Origin: Botryllus schlosseri
Taxonomy: Eukaryota
Assembly (NCBI GenBank): GCA_051294905.1
Contig: CM119371.1
Coordinates: 36,148,001 to 36,212,000, forward strand
Length of the DNA stretch: 64,000 bases
Direction: 5' to 3'
Numbering within the stretch: the stretch's first letter is position 1; each line of letters begins with the position of its first letter. Below, one piece after another: positions 13,176-27,542 of this stretch. The position numbers and the translations under genes were made by a program. The notes beneath the pieces were generated by a model that saw nothing but the letters and a program-made list of their open reading frames with translations, was not told where the DNA came from and ran no database searches.

Positions 13176-14666
13176 CAGTGGCGTAGCAGCCACCTGGCGG
13201 TTCTGGCTCTGCGCCAGGGGCGGCATGCTCCAAGGGGGCGGCAAAATGAGGCTGCACAGTGAGAGAGAGAGATATGGTTTTCTATTTCGCCTGCACCATC
13301 GAGATGCTTTGACGACGGAGATGCCATACGGACGGATAAGGTCATCTAGTCCGCAACCCGTTTTTTTCTGCTCCGTGATTGCTGAGCGCATAGCGGGGTA
13401 ACCGCGGACACCAGATTTCTAGTCTTTGGTCGGACCCCGCCGGGAATCGAACCCACGACCTACCGGTCAAGAAGCCCGATGCATCACCATTACACTATCT
13501 CGCTCGGCACGGTGTACAGTGTACACAGCCGGCTAAAAGAAGCGTAATTGGTAGTCCTATAGCTGGCGTCCCATGAGCTAAAATTTAATCAAACAGGCCT
13601 CAATCGAAAGCTAGTGTCGCGCTGATTTTGAAAACACGACTTAATATGTTAACATGGCGATGGAACCACTCCGAAATAGCCGTCAAGGCCTATTGTTCGG
13701 AGAGTTCGCAAAAAAAGGAGAATGCGTGGCGAACAATCAGAAAATTATGGCCTCAGTGTTGTTGAAGAAGTTAGACGATGCATGTTTCAAGCTTTGGACA
13801 CATTTAAACCTGAAGCTGAAACTAGATTTACCGGCATACACCACTTAAATGACACGTTTCGATTTTTGAATTCCCACGCGCTGCTGCAAAGCAACAGTCA
13901 CAATTTATTCACCAGCGCTTTTAGAAGCACTTATGACGACAAGGTGGACTTTTTGGAGTTAGCCGCGAAAATTGTCATGCCTTATACCTTCGAATTAGGG
14001 ATCATATAAATCAGAAGATTGCTAGCTTTTCGTACAAACCAATATGAGGCTTCTAGGACGAACACAAATTAAGATATATGATAATTTGAAGTTGTTCAAC
14101 TTGAGATTTGAAAAGGGTTAAGAGGCTGGTGCGGAGCAGTAAAACCACGTTTGATCGTAGTGCAACAGCGTTTGATGTTTTACAGTGGTTAGTTGCAAAG
14201 CTACTTGATTCGACACCATATTTATGCTCGTGTCTGAAACTTTATCTGACCATTGGTGTTTAAATTGCCAGCTGTGTGAGGAGCTTCTCAAAGCTCAAAC
14301 TGATTAAGTCTTATTTACGTTCTACCATGAATGATGATCGGCTATCATAGCTCTATGCATTCTGTCTATAGAAAGAGACTACGTTCAAAAACTTGAATTT
14401 GAGGATATTATCTCTGAATTTGCTTTGAGGCGGCTATTGATTTTCTATTTTCACAATACATTCGTTCGTCATTTCTTGTCTTTATTATTTTTGGCCTTAT
14501 TAACGTTGAGACGGCGAGGCTGAGACGCGGCATAATATTCTTAATTATTTTTATTGACAAGATTGTTTGAACATGAGTCTAAGTCGAAATATGCTGCGGT
14601 CTATTTAGGAGGGGGCGGCATTTTAAGCGAGAGCCAGGGGCGGCAGCGCATGCTGCTACGCCAGTG
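13176..14666 (+). mobile_element. Deleted hAT transposon with transposase remnant (ZMYM1/Tip100-like)
   Basis: TIRs CAGTGGCGTAGC / GCTACGCCAGTG; perfect TSD GGACCGAC. About 14265-14425 encodes ASCVRSFSKLKLIKSYLRSTMNDDRLS*..ILSIERDYVQKLEFEDIISEFA (hAT C-terminal dimerisation region), with a stop and a frameshift. Confidence 0.9.
13259..13508 (-). mobile_element. tRNA-derived SINE nested in the hAT element (MetaSINE-like core)
   Basis: A box TAGTGTAATGG (13487-13497), B box GGTTCGATTCC (13443-13453), central ccaaagact..ggt..cgctcagca segment, (TC)n tail. The MetaSINE assignment is from recalled consensus. Confidence 0.75.
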
Positions 14667-17600
14667 GGACCGACACAACTCTGTCGATCATATACAGTAG
14701 CAAAATACAGCGGCAACATACAGTTCGACATATTTAGCATTGGCCGATCACCAACTACATCAACATTTCTTGTCCACCTAAAACCGTCAACAATATGGTC
14801 CGTCTGTAGCCACATCGTACCATTATCATAAATAAATCTTCGTACGACTACAATGCCAGGGCGAAAGCAATCTCATTACATAACAATATATGACTTATAT
14901 CTGTTTGTCCTAGCGCAATTCTAAATCGGGAACGCCTACATCTGACTACCTAATTACTTGGCAATCTGTGATAAAAACGCTTATCTTAGATTTATCGCGG
15001 GGCATCATGATATATGACCTACATCTCTTGTTTGTAGTAAAAACGACCTAGCTGTTTGTCCTGGCATAAGTCTAAATCGGGAGCGCCTAAAGCTGTCTTG
15101 TTAATTACTTCACACTCGTTCTATACTTGATAGCGCATTAGGGCTTACGGAGGCTTTTGAGAACATTCCCAACGCTATAATCTCACTCGAAGCATACAGA
15201 CAACGGGCATGGCACAACAACTGAATTTGCCAATTAAATGCCCAAACACACAAGAACACTCGAGAAAATTAAACAAAGCCCATAAATTACTTCTGTTCAC
15301 AGTAAATCAAGCGAGATCTTAACCCTCTTCTTATCATGCTTTCTGATCGCAGTGTACCAACGAATGAGTTAACTTACTGCCCGTTGTAAGGGTATTTAAC
15401 TAATTGGTAATTCACGAGGACTCAAGACACCCAATGTAGACATACCATAACGGGTTTGAGTTGAAATAAGCATGATGTTCAATAGTGTTACGCTACTACC
15501 AACCGAAGTTGCGCCATTGCGTCAAGGATTCACTATAACCTGCGACTCACAACATTAACCCTACCTGAGATAAGTTATTGGTACATTCAGTGACGAAGAT
15601 AGGCGCAGTGGCACACAGTACGGATTAAATTCCCCATCAATGAAGTCAAATCGAATCGATTTTTTAAAAACCACGCGACAAAATTCTCTCCACGGTAACG
15701 AGCGCTTGGCACTCGAATGAAATGAATTGTATATGATGAGTGGCTTCGACAACGCATACGCTCTCTCGTGAGTAGTAAATAAAATAGCTTGTCCTGCTAT
15801 ATATACTACTGTACAATCTGTACCAATTGCCTCATGTGACTGTTGTTGTTATGAATATGTGATGCCGCCAGTACTACTAACGATTATATACAGAGGGATA
15901 GAACGTGCATGTCCCTACCTGTATCATGTGGCTAGTGTTGGCAACTATTCAGCTAGTGTATATTTCTGCTTGTCCGATAAGACTAATTAGGGTGAAATGC
16001 CGTTAATCTAATTCTAATCCTATTTGTGAAATGTTTCTATGGTTTAATGTTATTTATAATCTAATTTCTGGCGTTCCTAAAAATGCTTCAGGTGAACTGT
16101 AGATTTCGCCACGATCCAGACTGGGTGTACAAGTACACTGTACATTGTACAAGTACACTACAGTACAGACATTGGCTATTTTCGTGGTAGTGACCATGAG
16201 ATATGATTTGGTATGAACTGAACTTGCTCTTTGTTCTATTTCTTTATAATTACGAATTTATTCAATTTCCAAGTGTTTGGGAATTCATTAATTCTAATTC
16301 TAGTCTGAGACAAAACGGTGTATAGTTATAATTCGAATGTTAATCTAATTCGGAACAGATGGAAATTTTCTAGTTGTATAAATCTTGTTAGCCCATAATC
16401 TCGCATGAAATCTACTGAAAAAAGCTCGCATATTGTCTTATGGCCAGTACCCATCTATGACGTAGGTCTAACGGCTAACACTTGCAGATTATTCGCTGTC
16501 TGCTCCCGGTAAAGAGAAAGGCGAGAAACCACTGATTCAACCTACAAATGATTAAACTGAGTCCGGCATTAAACTAGCATACATACAAAAGCTGACACAT
16601 TTAACTATACAGACCGGGCTTTCGTGCGAGCAAAGATACAGCCTCGTCTGATTGATTCCGGGACATATCACGCAGTTCATATTCCATTCTGATCCAAAAC
16701 TGACGATCAGGTCAATATTTACTATTGTGTGGTTTGTGCGGACCCTTGACTGCTTGGCAACCGGTCTCCAGACTTCATGACATCGTAAGTGATGACATGA
16801 CATCAGATGATTGGCAGGTATTTAATTATTATCAAGTCTGCGGATGTTATAGTCAATGAAACATGACCATTAGATCTCAATGGTCAATTGTGATAGTCAT
16901 GATCTAGTGTACAAATCGCTAAGTATATTCGTGATATCTCAGTCGATGGCATTCCGCCACATTCTGTTTACACGGGGATTGATGTTGAGCCTTATGATGA
17001 ATGGAATACTCAAATAGATCACGGTAACATCTGGTGAAGGTGTAGCTATTGTTGCGAGACGTTTCAACAATACCGGTACCTACTGTTTCCGATTAAATGT
17101 TCCCGCCCGTTGTGGTCAACACAATGAGCGTGATAATCACACAAAACCCACGCGAATGATTGACAGTCTCCTTATCGACAACGTGAATATAATTAACCCT
17201 CAGAAGGCGACTACATAAAAATCAAATGAATGATATCCTGTTTTTAAATGTGTGGGTCTGAATCTTGGAGAGCTCTGACATCACATCCGTACGCATGACG
17301 TCTTCTACCAGCCGTTCCAATAATTCTACGACGCATTCGCGGATTCAAGCTCAGATTCGTACGCAAATCATATTTATAATTTAAGTAGAAAGTCGTACGT
17401 TCATACCTCTCGGCTCTTCAGTGGTAGTTGGGCAGCTTGAACGCCTAGTTCGTTGTGTGGTGGACGACGTGGATGTGCGACTCATGTTTTCATTGCATTA
17501 ACAGAGGCTTAGTTTAATTTTATTACCTTTAGTTATATGATTGACATCTTAAAGTTGAAAAGATATAATCATGATCGATGTATCTTATCTGTTCAAAAAT

Positions 17601-18987
17601 CTCTCTTAATGCCGATGACGATGCGAGTACATACACCATGGCCTAATAGCTGTAGCAAGTATACAGATATGTATCCCTCTCTTATACTGATTTATTTTCA
17701 ACTTCTGACAACCCGAGATCTCCATACTTTCTGAGCATCGCTAAAAAGGCAACCATGCAGCAATCAACCGCTAATTCGCGAAGTGCCCTGCAAAATCCCG
17801 TCAAAGTACTGCCATTCACCAAATTTCACCCGCAACGAAAGCATACCTGTACCATCTCGTCTCGAAATCACTTCCTTAGTACGAAGCTAATCCTGTGATA
17901 AGCTGGATGGCAATTGACCCCAATATTTCTTACAACTATGTTCAACCTACAAAGTATTGACTGATCAGTATACTCGAAATCGCCTTATCTCGATATCTAA
18001 ATAGCTAAGAACGGGAATCTTCAAATCATCTAGGAATCTCTGCACATATCTGCCGATATCGGATTGAAATGACAATCGAAAGATACCTGACGGTTACATC
18101 AACAGACTAACAATTTAGACTACCACATATAAATCTCACACCAATGCAGACTTGAGTACCTGAGAATATGTTCATCCACAACTTCATTTAAATATTAACA
18201 TCCCATATCTCATATTATTGAAGGCGTCAATACAATGCAGTTTAATTGAGGCATCGAGTCAAATCGAAGTATTTCGTTACTAAATTCATTAGGTTATGCT
18301 TCAACAACTTACTGACAGCCATTCGACTGAACTGTAACAGTAGAAAAGTTATTATTAATTTCAATTTTATCAAATTCATATTACCCAAAGTAATATCCTT
18401 GTACTGGATACTTCGGCGCTGCGTGCTGACATCTTCCATACTTATATTTCACTAACTTCGGCTGCTCTACGCCCAAGTTGACCCACTGTGCCTCGAAAAC
18501 TTGACCATACCAAAAGATGATATGTGCCTTGGCTACCTGTCTTCAAACAAAGTCCATCTGGTTAGGAATTCTGGTCCTGATGTCATCGTTGATATCTCAA
18601 ACACTCGAAGCGAAAGACGATTCCAAATCGCGGGTACCTTCAGCGTTTGCAAGCCTTCAGGAGGCAGTTGTGTCAACAAGGCTGAAAGCCGGGCCAGCGT
18701 CTCTCGGCAGAGGACTCGACGCTCAACAATAGAATCTTGAGTTTGGATTGCGGCTCTAAGATCTTACGATAACTATCATTATTGTCACCAGAAAACATAA
18801 GCGAGCGGTATTTAAAGGCTAATATTTACGCTGGGAGGCGAATATTGCTGTCGCTATTAAAACTATTAAACCATATAACTTATTTTATTTTGCTGTAGGA
18901 TACTCTCAAGGCTGCGGTAAGATTTAACAATTAAAGTTTACAACGGCATTGACGTCTTACTTGAATACTATCGGGTATGACGTAAGG

Positions 18988-19853
18988 CAGGGGCGGGCAA
19001 CATACGGCCCGCGACGAGATTTTGTGCGGCCCGCCGACAGTTTTCGGTCTTACGTGATGATGAGGCCCGCGTCGCCGTCTATAGGCATTTAGACGCAAAC
19101 ATTTTCGAGCATGAACATTAGCAAGACAAAGCGACTTCCAATACAACTGATGTTCACCGCATTGACGTAGCCAGGGGCGAATGGGACCATGCCATTCCCA
19201 AATTTCTCGAGAATATCCGTAATATTTATAAATAGTGGAATATTTTCGGGCGGATAGATTCAACCTGAAAAAATTTCGCGCGCTTCACCCGATTTAGTGT
19301 CTCTACGTACGTGTCTTGATCATAATAATACAGTATCATAGATACACTACAATAGCCCGAAGCCGTTGAGTTGCACGAGTTTTTAACAAAGTAATTAATA
19401 AGAGTGAGCCCGCCCGAAGTGAATATAATCCGCGATAAGCTCATGAATGTATATTCTTATGCCATGATCAATGTTCAAAATTATAATTATACGTGCTGTA
19501 AATTTTCAAAGAAACCACTTGCCCACACACTCATCAATATCATTGATCAAACTCATTCATTTATGCAAAAAAAATTCGCTCTTCGCGTGACTAAAATCCA
19601 AATATACTCTGATTTTTGATCACATACATATCACCGATTTGGGCTCGCCCGTGAATCGGTCGCCCGATCGAGATATAGTTCGCAAATGCAGGAATGTGTC
19701 TGTCCCTGAATTGTATGTACAAAGGGTAGTACAGGATAGGATGGACGGATCTGTTGCGCGTTCCCCTAAACTCATAAAAAATCAAGAATCCGGCCCGCCT
19801 CATTTTTATGTTCCCCTATCTGGCCCGCCGGATGGAGAAGTTGCCCGCCCCTG
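18988..19853. mobile_element. hAT-type MITE
   Basis: TIR CAGGGGCGGGCAAC / GTTGCCCGCCCCTG; subterminal GGCCCGC repeats; TSD ACGTAAGG / ATGTAAGG. Confidence 0.85.
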
Positions 19854-22800
19854 ATGTAAGGTCAACCCCCTTTACAATACCGTTATCTCTTAACCAGAAA
19901 ACCAGTGTGCTGTAAGCTATGACCAGTGCTTGTTAGCGCTGTAATTAGTATTGCTGATTACTTAGGCTAGGCAAAATCGAGTGACTGCTTGGTTTATTAT
20001 CACTCATGAAATGCAGCATTTACAGCATGAATGATTTCAACAGTTCAAATATGTACCTTTTATGTGACCACATGTTACACATCACTTTAACGATAGTTTA
20101 TTACTTTTTTGAAGGTACAGTACACTTTGCGGCAACGCTGCGAATTGATCCCTATTTCGGAAATGTCGCTTACGCGCGTATCTTTCTGGTAGGCCGCATG
20201 TTTTCAACGCTGTGAAATGACTAATCTAAGTTTCAATGATCCCATGGGGGGAAGAAAGTATTGAAACTATATCATTCTTGTTTAAATAGTATCAGTCTTA
20301 GTGGATGGAGGCGTATCGGGGCCTACGATACTTATACCTATACGTACACGATGATGACCTGAAGGTAGCTGTCATATTCCGACAGCATATTGCAAAAACA
20401 CTGCATCCGTACATCAGTTGTACAGTCAATGCCGGCAGTCTTATTTCGCGCGATATCTTCACGTAGAAATCTGGAAGTTTACGTTCAATAGCTATTCTAC
20501 CATTAACGCAATTACTGATGACGTACGCTTCTGATGTGAGTCACACATAAAAGTTTCGCGTGGAAGTAACTTGGTAGTATGAATATATTGTCTTATATTT
20601 AAGTAGGGTATACTTTTAAAAGCCTATGTACAACTTGTGATTTGTGTCTTAGACAAACAGACATCGGCACGGGCCGGAAGAAGACCACACTGTGCTGCCT
20701 CTAGCGCTAGCCATCTCCCATTAGAACCTATTGGCAATGACACCATGGGGTAAAGGGCTCAATGTTTGACAGGACATCACAACCTGGAAGAAAAGCAACA
20801 GTGTTTGCATAAGCATAATACAAATGTAAATCGACAATTTGATTTCGACCATACATTGGTGACGGTGATACTTGGCAGTACAGTCGGCAATTTGACAGCC
20901 CATACAAAGCTATATTTCGGTATTCCGATATCAAATGTGTTGTTTACCTCGTAAACATCGCGGAAAGTGTATTGGTCAATTTGTGAATTTGCTATCTATA
21001 GTGGAGGCGGTCGTAGTAGCAAAGCAATAGCATGATGAAGTAAAAGAGTATTGGACAAGAATAAGTAGCAATAGAATTATACAGCATTGTGAACTTGGTC
21101 ATGTTTTGCTACACCTGGTTTTGGCCGAGGCCAAAATCTTTGAATGGTATTCTAGTTATGCTAAGTGAATAGTATAGGATCGGCCACGCCTTAACAGGTA
21201 TTTTTCGCAATAGCGAATACTGTCCGTGGAAATGCACTGATTTGGTCTCTGGCTCTACGTGCTGGTTTTTACACAGCAGTGCGTATGCAGTATAGTTTCT
21301 TAGACATTGTTATTTTCCACCAGTCTAATTAGAAAACAATACAATTAATACTCCACTTACCTCATGACGCTCTTACCATAGCAAGCAACGTAAATGTATT
21401 CCATAGATCGATGATATTATCTTCCACAAGTAGCGACGGGTTTCTACAATCCGTATCCGGCTGATGGAGTAGACACCATCACTTCACAAGCCTAATTCTG
21501 CTACGACCCGATCTAAATGACTATTGTAGCATTATTATGATAGCGTAATGTTACCATTTTTCCAGATTGTTTCTAAAGTGTCGAATTTCCTAGTCTTGTT
21601 TTGGGACGCCATGTTTTCGGGTATAGCCAAGTCGAACACAATGGCTACTACTGAAGAGGCGTTGTCTGTCGATTACATATCTTAGGATGGCCCAAACCAT
21701 GTGACACGCGGGCCAGCTAGTCGCTGCTTCCATACTTGTAATTGAGTAGAAATTGACGGCGTTCTGTTTGAGTAGTAAGCGGATTAGAATGTAAAATTGA
21801 ATACTGTGACATCGGGCAATAGCCGAGATGGATGCTAGATACGAGACTAGTCGCTTCGGCATCCTCCTATCATTTCATTATATTGCATTGTGTCTTGTGT
21901 ATCGCATTGTACATTGTGTGTCTAGATGAAAATAGATATTCCTGCGATTATTATTATGCCTACTTGGGCCAACTCTGCACATATCCAGCATGATTTGGTT
22001 GACTAAAGCTAGGACTGCCATCTTTTTAGACCCGAGAAAGAGGACACTCTTCACAAGTCATATCAGCAGACATTGAAACGGGAGGTTTTTGCGGAAAATG
22101 GTGATCAGTCGTGGGTTGACTAGAAAAGAGGCCATTTTTCCGAGTCGCTGCTTGAAAACCGGTTTTCTCGGCTAATTTACGTTGGGTTGATTTTTTATAT
22201 CCTTATTTAGTCAACCTTCGCGTCAATGGTATAGAAAGTCAGTTTTCACATGTCTTTTCTGTCGATATTACCGTTTTTGTTGTCTCCATGTCGTCATCTC
22301 TTAACACTCACGGCACTAACAATGACATTTGGGCGTCCTCTGAGGATATTTCGGTTTCCTTGAAATAATAGGAGAAATCCTCTTAAAAGAGGCATATGAT
22401 ATCCCCATTAAAGCATGGAACACAACGCGCAGGTATAATGGCCAACTGGGGCGGCTTCAACAGCTATAATTTGCAGTGGCAGTATCTGCATAGTATCTGA
22501 AGTCCATATTTAGGTGAGTTGCTGTGCTCTCAGGGGTGCCTTCGACTTGATGACTAATCACCAGGCCTGTTTATTTTTGGATATTGGGTTTTATTTTTGG
22601 AGATTCTCCAAAAATAAGATTTGAAAACATCCAAAAATAAGATTTTTTTGGATGATGCTTTTTTCAAGTTTTTTAGTGAAATAAACAAGTCAGAGCGATG
22701 TAAACGACCAGGAAACTCATAAAAACACCCAAAAACAGCATCTATGTGAGGGGGGTCACGGAAGCGCTAAATCTACTGCCACTCATTCCACTTCACGTTC

Positions 22801-24349
22801 CTGCTGACCTTGCCCCCCCGTCCCTCCGTCTTTGTACCCCTATAAGTTTCATAGTGCGACACGTAGAGAAGACGGGAAGACAGCTTGAGTGAGGCAAAGG
22901 GAATGGCGAAATCATATACCGCCACTTCTGTTACAATCACCTTGTCCACACAATAACGGGACTGATCTGCTGATGCTTCAGACGGCAACACAACTTGATC
23001 CAGCAGATGGAAAGTGCGCGCCCAAAGTTTGTTGCCGCTCGTTTATTGCCAATGAAGAGGGTGGCCTCTTGGTTGACTGGAAACCGTACCAAACTCCTTG
23101 ATGTTATGAACGAGAGCTCTGTATCCAGGCGAGGACTGGGACAACGAGGACCGCCACAAGGAAGGTTTTCTGGTCAGAGGGTGTTAGGCTATCATCTTCA
23201 ATGAGGCACGCAACTTCGTGGAGGATCAGAGGTTTCAAGCGCATTACTGACGAGAGCTTGTCATGAGCAAAGGCTCGGAAGATCGGAGAGTTTGAAGAGT
23301 TAGACATTCCTCCATTTTATAACCCCTACCTCGATGTTTCCCACTATTGCGACGTTCGATGTTGATATATCGAAAATCAAGTGGGCGGCGCGTCTCGCAC
23401 TGAATATATTCTTTAGAACAGACCCGGGCAAAGTGCGGCCCGCGAAGCTATCCTGTGCGGCCCGCGAAAAGTTGGTTGGAATTCAAAACATAAAACTTGC
23501 TTTTTGAATGACTAAAACCATATAGACTGTATCAACTGAACAGGAAATTCATTTACTTGGAAGCCTGTTCATTAATATGCAACGATTACGCTGCCTACGT
23601 ACGTAGCATGCGTAATTCAGATTCAAAATAAAGGCAATGTGGCAATGTATGAGTAGCAATTAAAGTCACAAGAAATCACTATTTCCATATAGTTCAGTTT
23701 TAGGTTTAGACTTTAGAGCACTAAACATTTGTATATACTGGAGTCAGGGGTAAACTGATCCTATAGTTTTTGCCGAGCATGTCGCCGAGATTAAGAATTT
23801 TAATTAAAATCGGTCTTATGAAAAAAAACACGACACACTCGGTCCAGGGAAAGCAAAGTTCAGAAAAACTGCAAGCTTAGCTCAACATCAAGGCTATTTT
23901 AGCTGCCCACGTATCGGAAGGCAGCGACCAAGAAAATAAGCTTTGTACTATTGCATATACATTTCAGTGCAGTGGCTCTCGAACTGGGGGCGTGAAAGCA
24001 TCAGCAGGTGGGCCCGAAGCCGAGTCTATTGAAACAATTTTTTGCGCTCCGCGCCATTTACCACCGCCTTATAGTTTTTGTTCAGTGTATTGTCCGATCT
24101 TGATATTTCAGAATTCTCTCATCAACAGCCATAACCTTCCATGCCACCAAACTTTCCGTTGGGATTGCTAGCATTCTGGTTGCAATTTTTAATATTTTGT
24201 GATATCATGAAATGGGGGGCGCGAAATTTTTCAGTGACATAAAGGGAGGAGTGCCTAAAAAGTTTGAGAACCCCTGTTTTAGAGTCTTTAGAATAACATG
24301 CCACTCGAGCCACTGCCAAAACTACAACATAACGTAGTCCGTATCATAG

Positions 24350-24990
24350 CTAGGGCCCCAAAGAGGCCTGCTTTCCCGTCCAACAAGTCGCTGCTGAAGA
24401 GATTCGGTGTTGTAATGTAAACATAAAAGATATGCGGAAACTAGAAACCGGCAAGTTCATGTATCAGATCCACTGCGGTCATATTGCCCCGAATATTTCA
24501 ATGACTTCTTTACCTCGGAATCAAAAGCGCACAAGTACGACACACGCGCGTACACGTCGTCCAAATATCACATGATCTACCGGAAAGATCATCGCTCTAT
24601 CAAATATGCCGGACCTGACGTGTGAAACAGTATCCCGCCGGTCACCCGACAGACGACGAGCATATCCACACTCAAGTCGAAATACAAGCAATTTCTACTA
24701 AATGAATGCTGATCCGCCCTCAAGATTATCGACCACGACCTGATCTATCGATCTCGCCTTCCGTGACATAATGCCACCCCATTTTTGTCGCTTACTTTTC
24801 TATAATATCTTCTTTACTTTTCATTCAGTGTGCATGCCTCCTCTTTACGTCGTCTAGGCCAAGGTGGGTGTCTGATTCCAAAGACTATACTTCAGGTCAT
24901 TTCGGCACCTTCCTATCTTTTCATTGCATCGCAATTTTTGCGGTGTATTGAACTGATGAAAATTGCTAATAAACCGAACCGAACCGAACT
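24350..24990 (+). mobile_element. 5'-truncated LINE (CR1/L2 group): ORF2 C-terminus, 3' UTR and (CCGAA)n tail
   Basis: ETGKFMYQIH..FNDFFT..HKYDTR..SIKYAGPDV*NSIP..STLKSKYKQFLLNEC*; ends aataaaccgaaccgaaccgaac. The 3' UTR recurs at 35381-35620 (minus) and 47779-48778. Confidence 0.8.
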
Positions 24991-26000
24991 ACCTTATTTT
25001 TAGAATTTAGATTTGTAAAGTAGGTTAGGTTGTTTGGTGGTATCTGTTCGCATGGCCGTTTCAGTAAATTCAGCGGTTGCGCTGAATAACCACGGGTACC
25101 AATATTTATTTTAGAAAATGGGCATATCTGAAGTATCATTAGTACTTTTTCCTTAGTCGCGGACATGCACCCTGGAATTTTATAAGTAGTCAGTTCCAAT
25201 TAACCGCTAAAAGTATATGCGGGACCCCGACTAAATCTACTTTTTTGAAACGACGTCGGACCGTCATTGTCTACTACCAGTTCAAGTAATTCACATATTT
25301 CAAAGGAAGGGGCTTCAGAGTAAAATCTACTCGCGGGCTAATTTTCTAGCTTTTGATGACGCCGCGGATTGCAGCATCAATGGGTATTCGATATCTTTTC
25401 AGGTATACAGGCCCTATTTGACGGGACTTTGCAGACTGACATTCCACACACGCCGTGAAAATGTGAGTAATTTTTATTGTAGCAATTCACGCTCGTTACG
25501 ACAAAATTCACATTTATAAATATTGGATTCTTGCTGTACTGGGAGTATGCATAATTTGTCGAATTTATGAGATATAAACACCACGCGAATGGACAAATGC
25601 ATAATGTCATCGTATTCGTAAAAGCTGTGGCGTTATAAGTTTGCAGCTAACGGGTATTTTACAAAGATTGACATGATATCACTGCATTTGAGCAGTGTAG
25701 CCTAATCCAGTTTTCGCGTATGCTCAAGAATAGTAGACTATTGCATGACAATGTTATTGCCCAAGTCAAATTGACACAGTGCTGGACTCACCTTCGAATA
25801 TTGGAGCAGATAAATAGCAGCATAAATGTCATGATTTTAGCGTTTGACCCGAGTCAACTCGAGCTATTTTCATTTCATCACGAAAGGTTGCGCCCAAGTT
25901 CACGTCACAATTTCCAGTCACTAATCTTTTACGCGTGTCATGATCTTCCGCTATGGTGCATGGTAGCGTTTGATGTGATGTGTTAGTGAAGTGTGATCAG

Positions 26001-26396
26001 TTGGGCAAGTTTTTGTTGCAGTTAAATGCGTGGAAAGTTGCATTTATTTTTGAAAAAAGTTGCAGAAGTTGCATTTTGACCAAGAAAAAGGGTCAACTTC
26101 CCAGATCGACTAAAAAAAAGGTCAATTTTCCGGCTCAGCTCCCGATATACCCGTAAAAGCGTTACTTCGGTGCTGATTTACGGTATTTCAGTTGAATTTG
26201 GCCAAAATCAAAAATACTTTCATGAAAAATCGAGAAAGTTGCAAAATGTTGCGAAAAGTTGCATGAAAAAAATGGACAAAAGTTGCAAAAAGTTGCACTA
26301 TAAGATTCCTTCAAACAGCTTAAAACGGCTTACGAGTATTTAGGAAGCTGCCGGAAGCTGTAAAAAAAGTTGCAAAAGTTGCAAAAACTTGCCCTA
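26001..26396. mobile_element. hAT-type MITE with AAGTTGCA subterminal repeats
   Basis: Ends TTGGGCAAGTTTTTG / CAAAAACTTGCCCTA; TSD GTGATCAG. Related older copy at about 3700-4212. Confidence 0.8.
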
Positions 26397-26490
26397 GTGA
26401 TCAGTAGTTTCATTTTTTGGAGCAAGTTGAGAGTGAATTTTAAGTTTGGAATATAACACTAGAGATACAGTATGTGTCACATGGATATTG

Positions 26491-26889
26491 TAAGGTTACC
26501 ATATTCTGGGAATCTGACAGGAGGACACTTTTTCAAAATTTTCAGACTTGGAATATTGGAGTAAAATCCTAAAACATGGTAAATTTTTCCCGACTTCGTG
26601 GTCGGTTCACTAAAAAAAAAGGTCATCTGTTCGGCTCAAATCCCGAATTACCGACTTTCTATGAGATTTTCCGTTGGTTGAGTAATAAAAAAGGTCATTT
26701 TTCTGGCTCAAGTCCCGAACACCCCGTCAGAGCGTTACTTGGCCGTTAATTTCCTATATCTTAACCAAAATCCTCATAACAGAAGACACATTCTCAAAAT
26801 AGATTACATTCAGGCGTCCTTCGAGCGCACTTTAAAAAAAGTCGAAAAAGAGGACAGATGCTCTTAAATGAGGATGTATGGTAACCCTA
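26491..26889. mobile_element. hAT (Tip100-like) MITE
   Basis: Ends TAAGGTTACCATA / TATGGTAACCCTA with GAGGAC motifs; same family as 32925-33388 and 22009-22408. Confidence 0.7.
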
Positions 26890-27542
26890 GCACTCTCCAA
26901 TCGGCGTCTATCAATGCTAAAATAACCTATGTAGACTCTATAATATATGCATGCTTTTGAATTATGTGGATGGTGAGATCCGGAGATAGGCTAGCTACCT
27001 TTAGATGTTCGATATAGGTAGCCTGACTTGAATGATTTCATCCGGCTCCGTGCGTACTCTGGAGTTTTAAGTGAGGCTGAGACATCCAAAAAGGTTGGGA
27101 ACCACTGATATAGACAGTTCTCGAGATTACAGAACTTTTATATCCCTTTTCCGCAAAACAAAAGAGGTTGAGAATCACTGGTCTAATGTTTCGTGAATTG
27201 CGAGTGCGTTGACAATATGACCGTCAAAGCCTTTTTCAATTACAAGTCGAAGTATTCATGAACACGAAGGCTTTGTAAAAATATCGCGAAGGAAGCCGTG
27301 ATGGTTTTAATCCGCCAGCGTCACTTACAGGATACTATTCTACCACGCATATGTATAGTTGTGGTAGACCTTCTGATATTGTAGATGTAAAGAGATTCAA
27401 CCGTCATTTTGAGAGGGCTTTATTAAACGTCCTCACGACACCAGCGCAGACAAGAAGCATGCGTTCATGTGTCCACCAAGTGTCCATTCTACCCAGTCGG
27501 AACCAGACACTTGGTGGCTCCAGCAACAACAACACTCTACCA

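Noticed and set aside
13430..13508. tRNA gene candidates (also 35257-35330, 37705-37775, 58985-59040)
   Set aside because: A/B-box-like sequence is present, but there is no acceptor-stem closure and each continues into a SINE body or is partial; these are SINE heads.
16540..21900. Short ORFs as candidate genes
   Set aside because: No consistent splice structure; only faint LINE endonuclease/RT-like fragments (GEGVAIV, FDFDHTL, WNRL), too decayed to delimit.
23242..23290. CTGACGA-hairpin-GGAA-gatc possible hammerhead
   Set aside because: GGAA variant, no UH cleavage site and no stem I.
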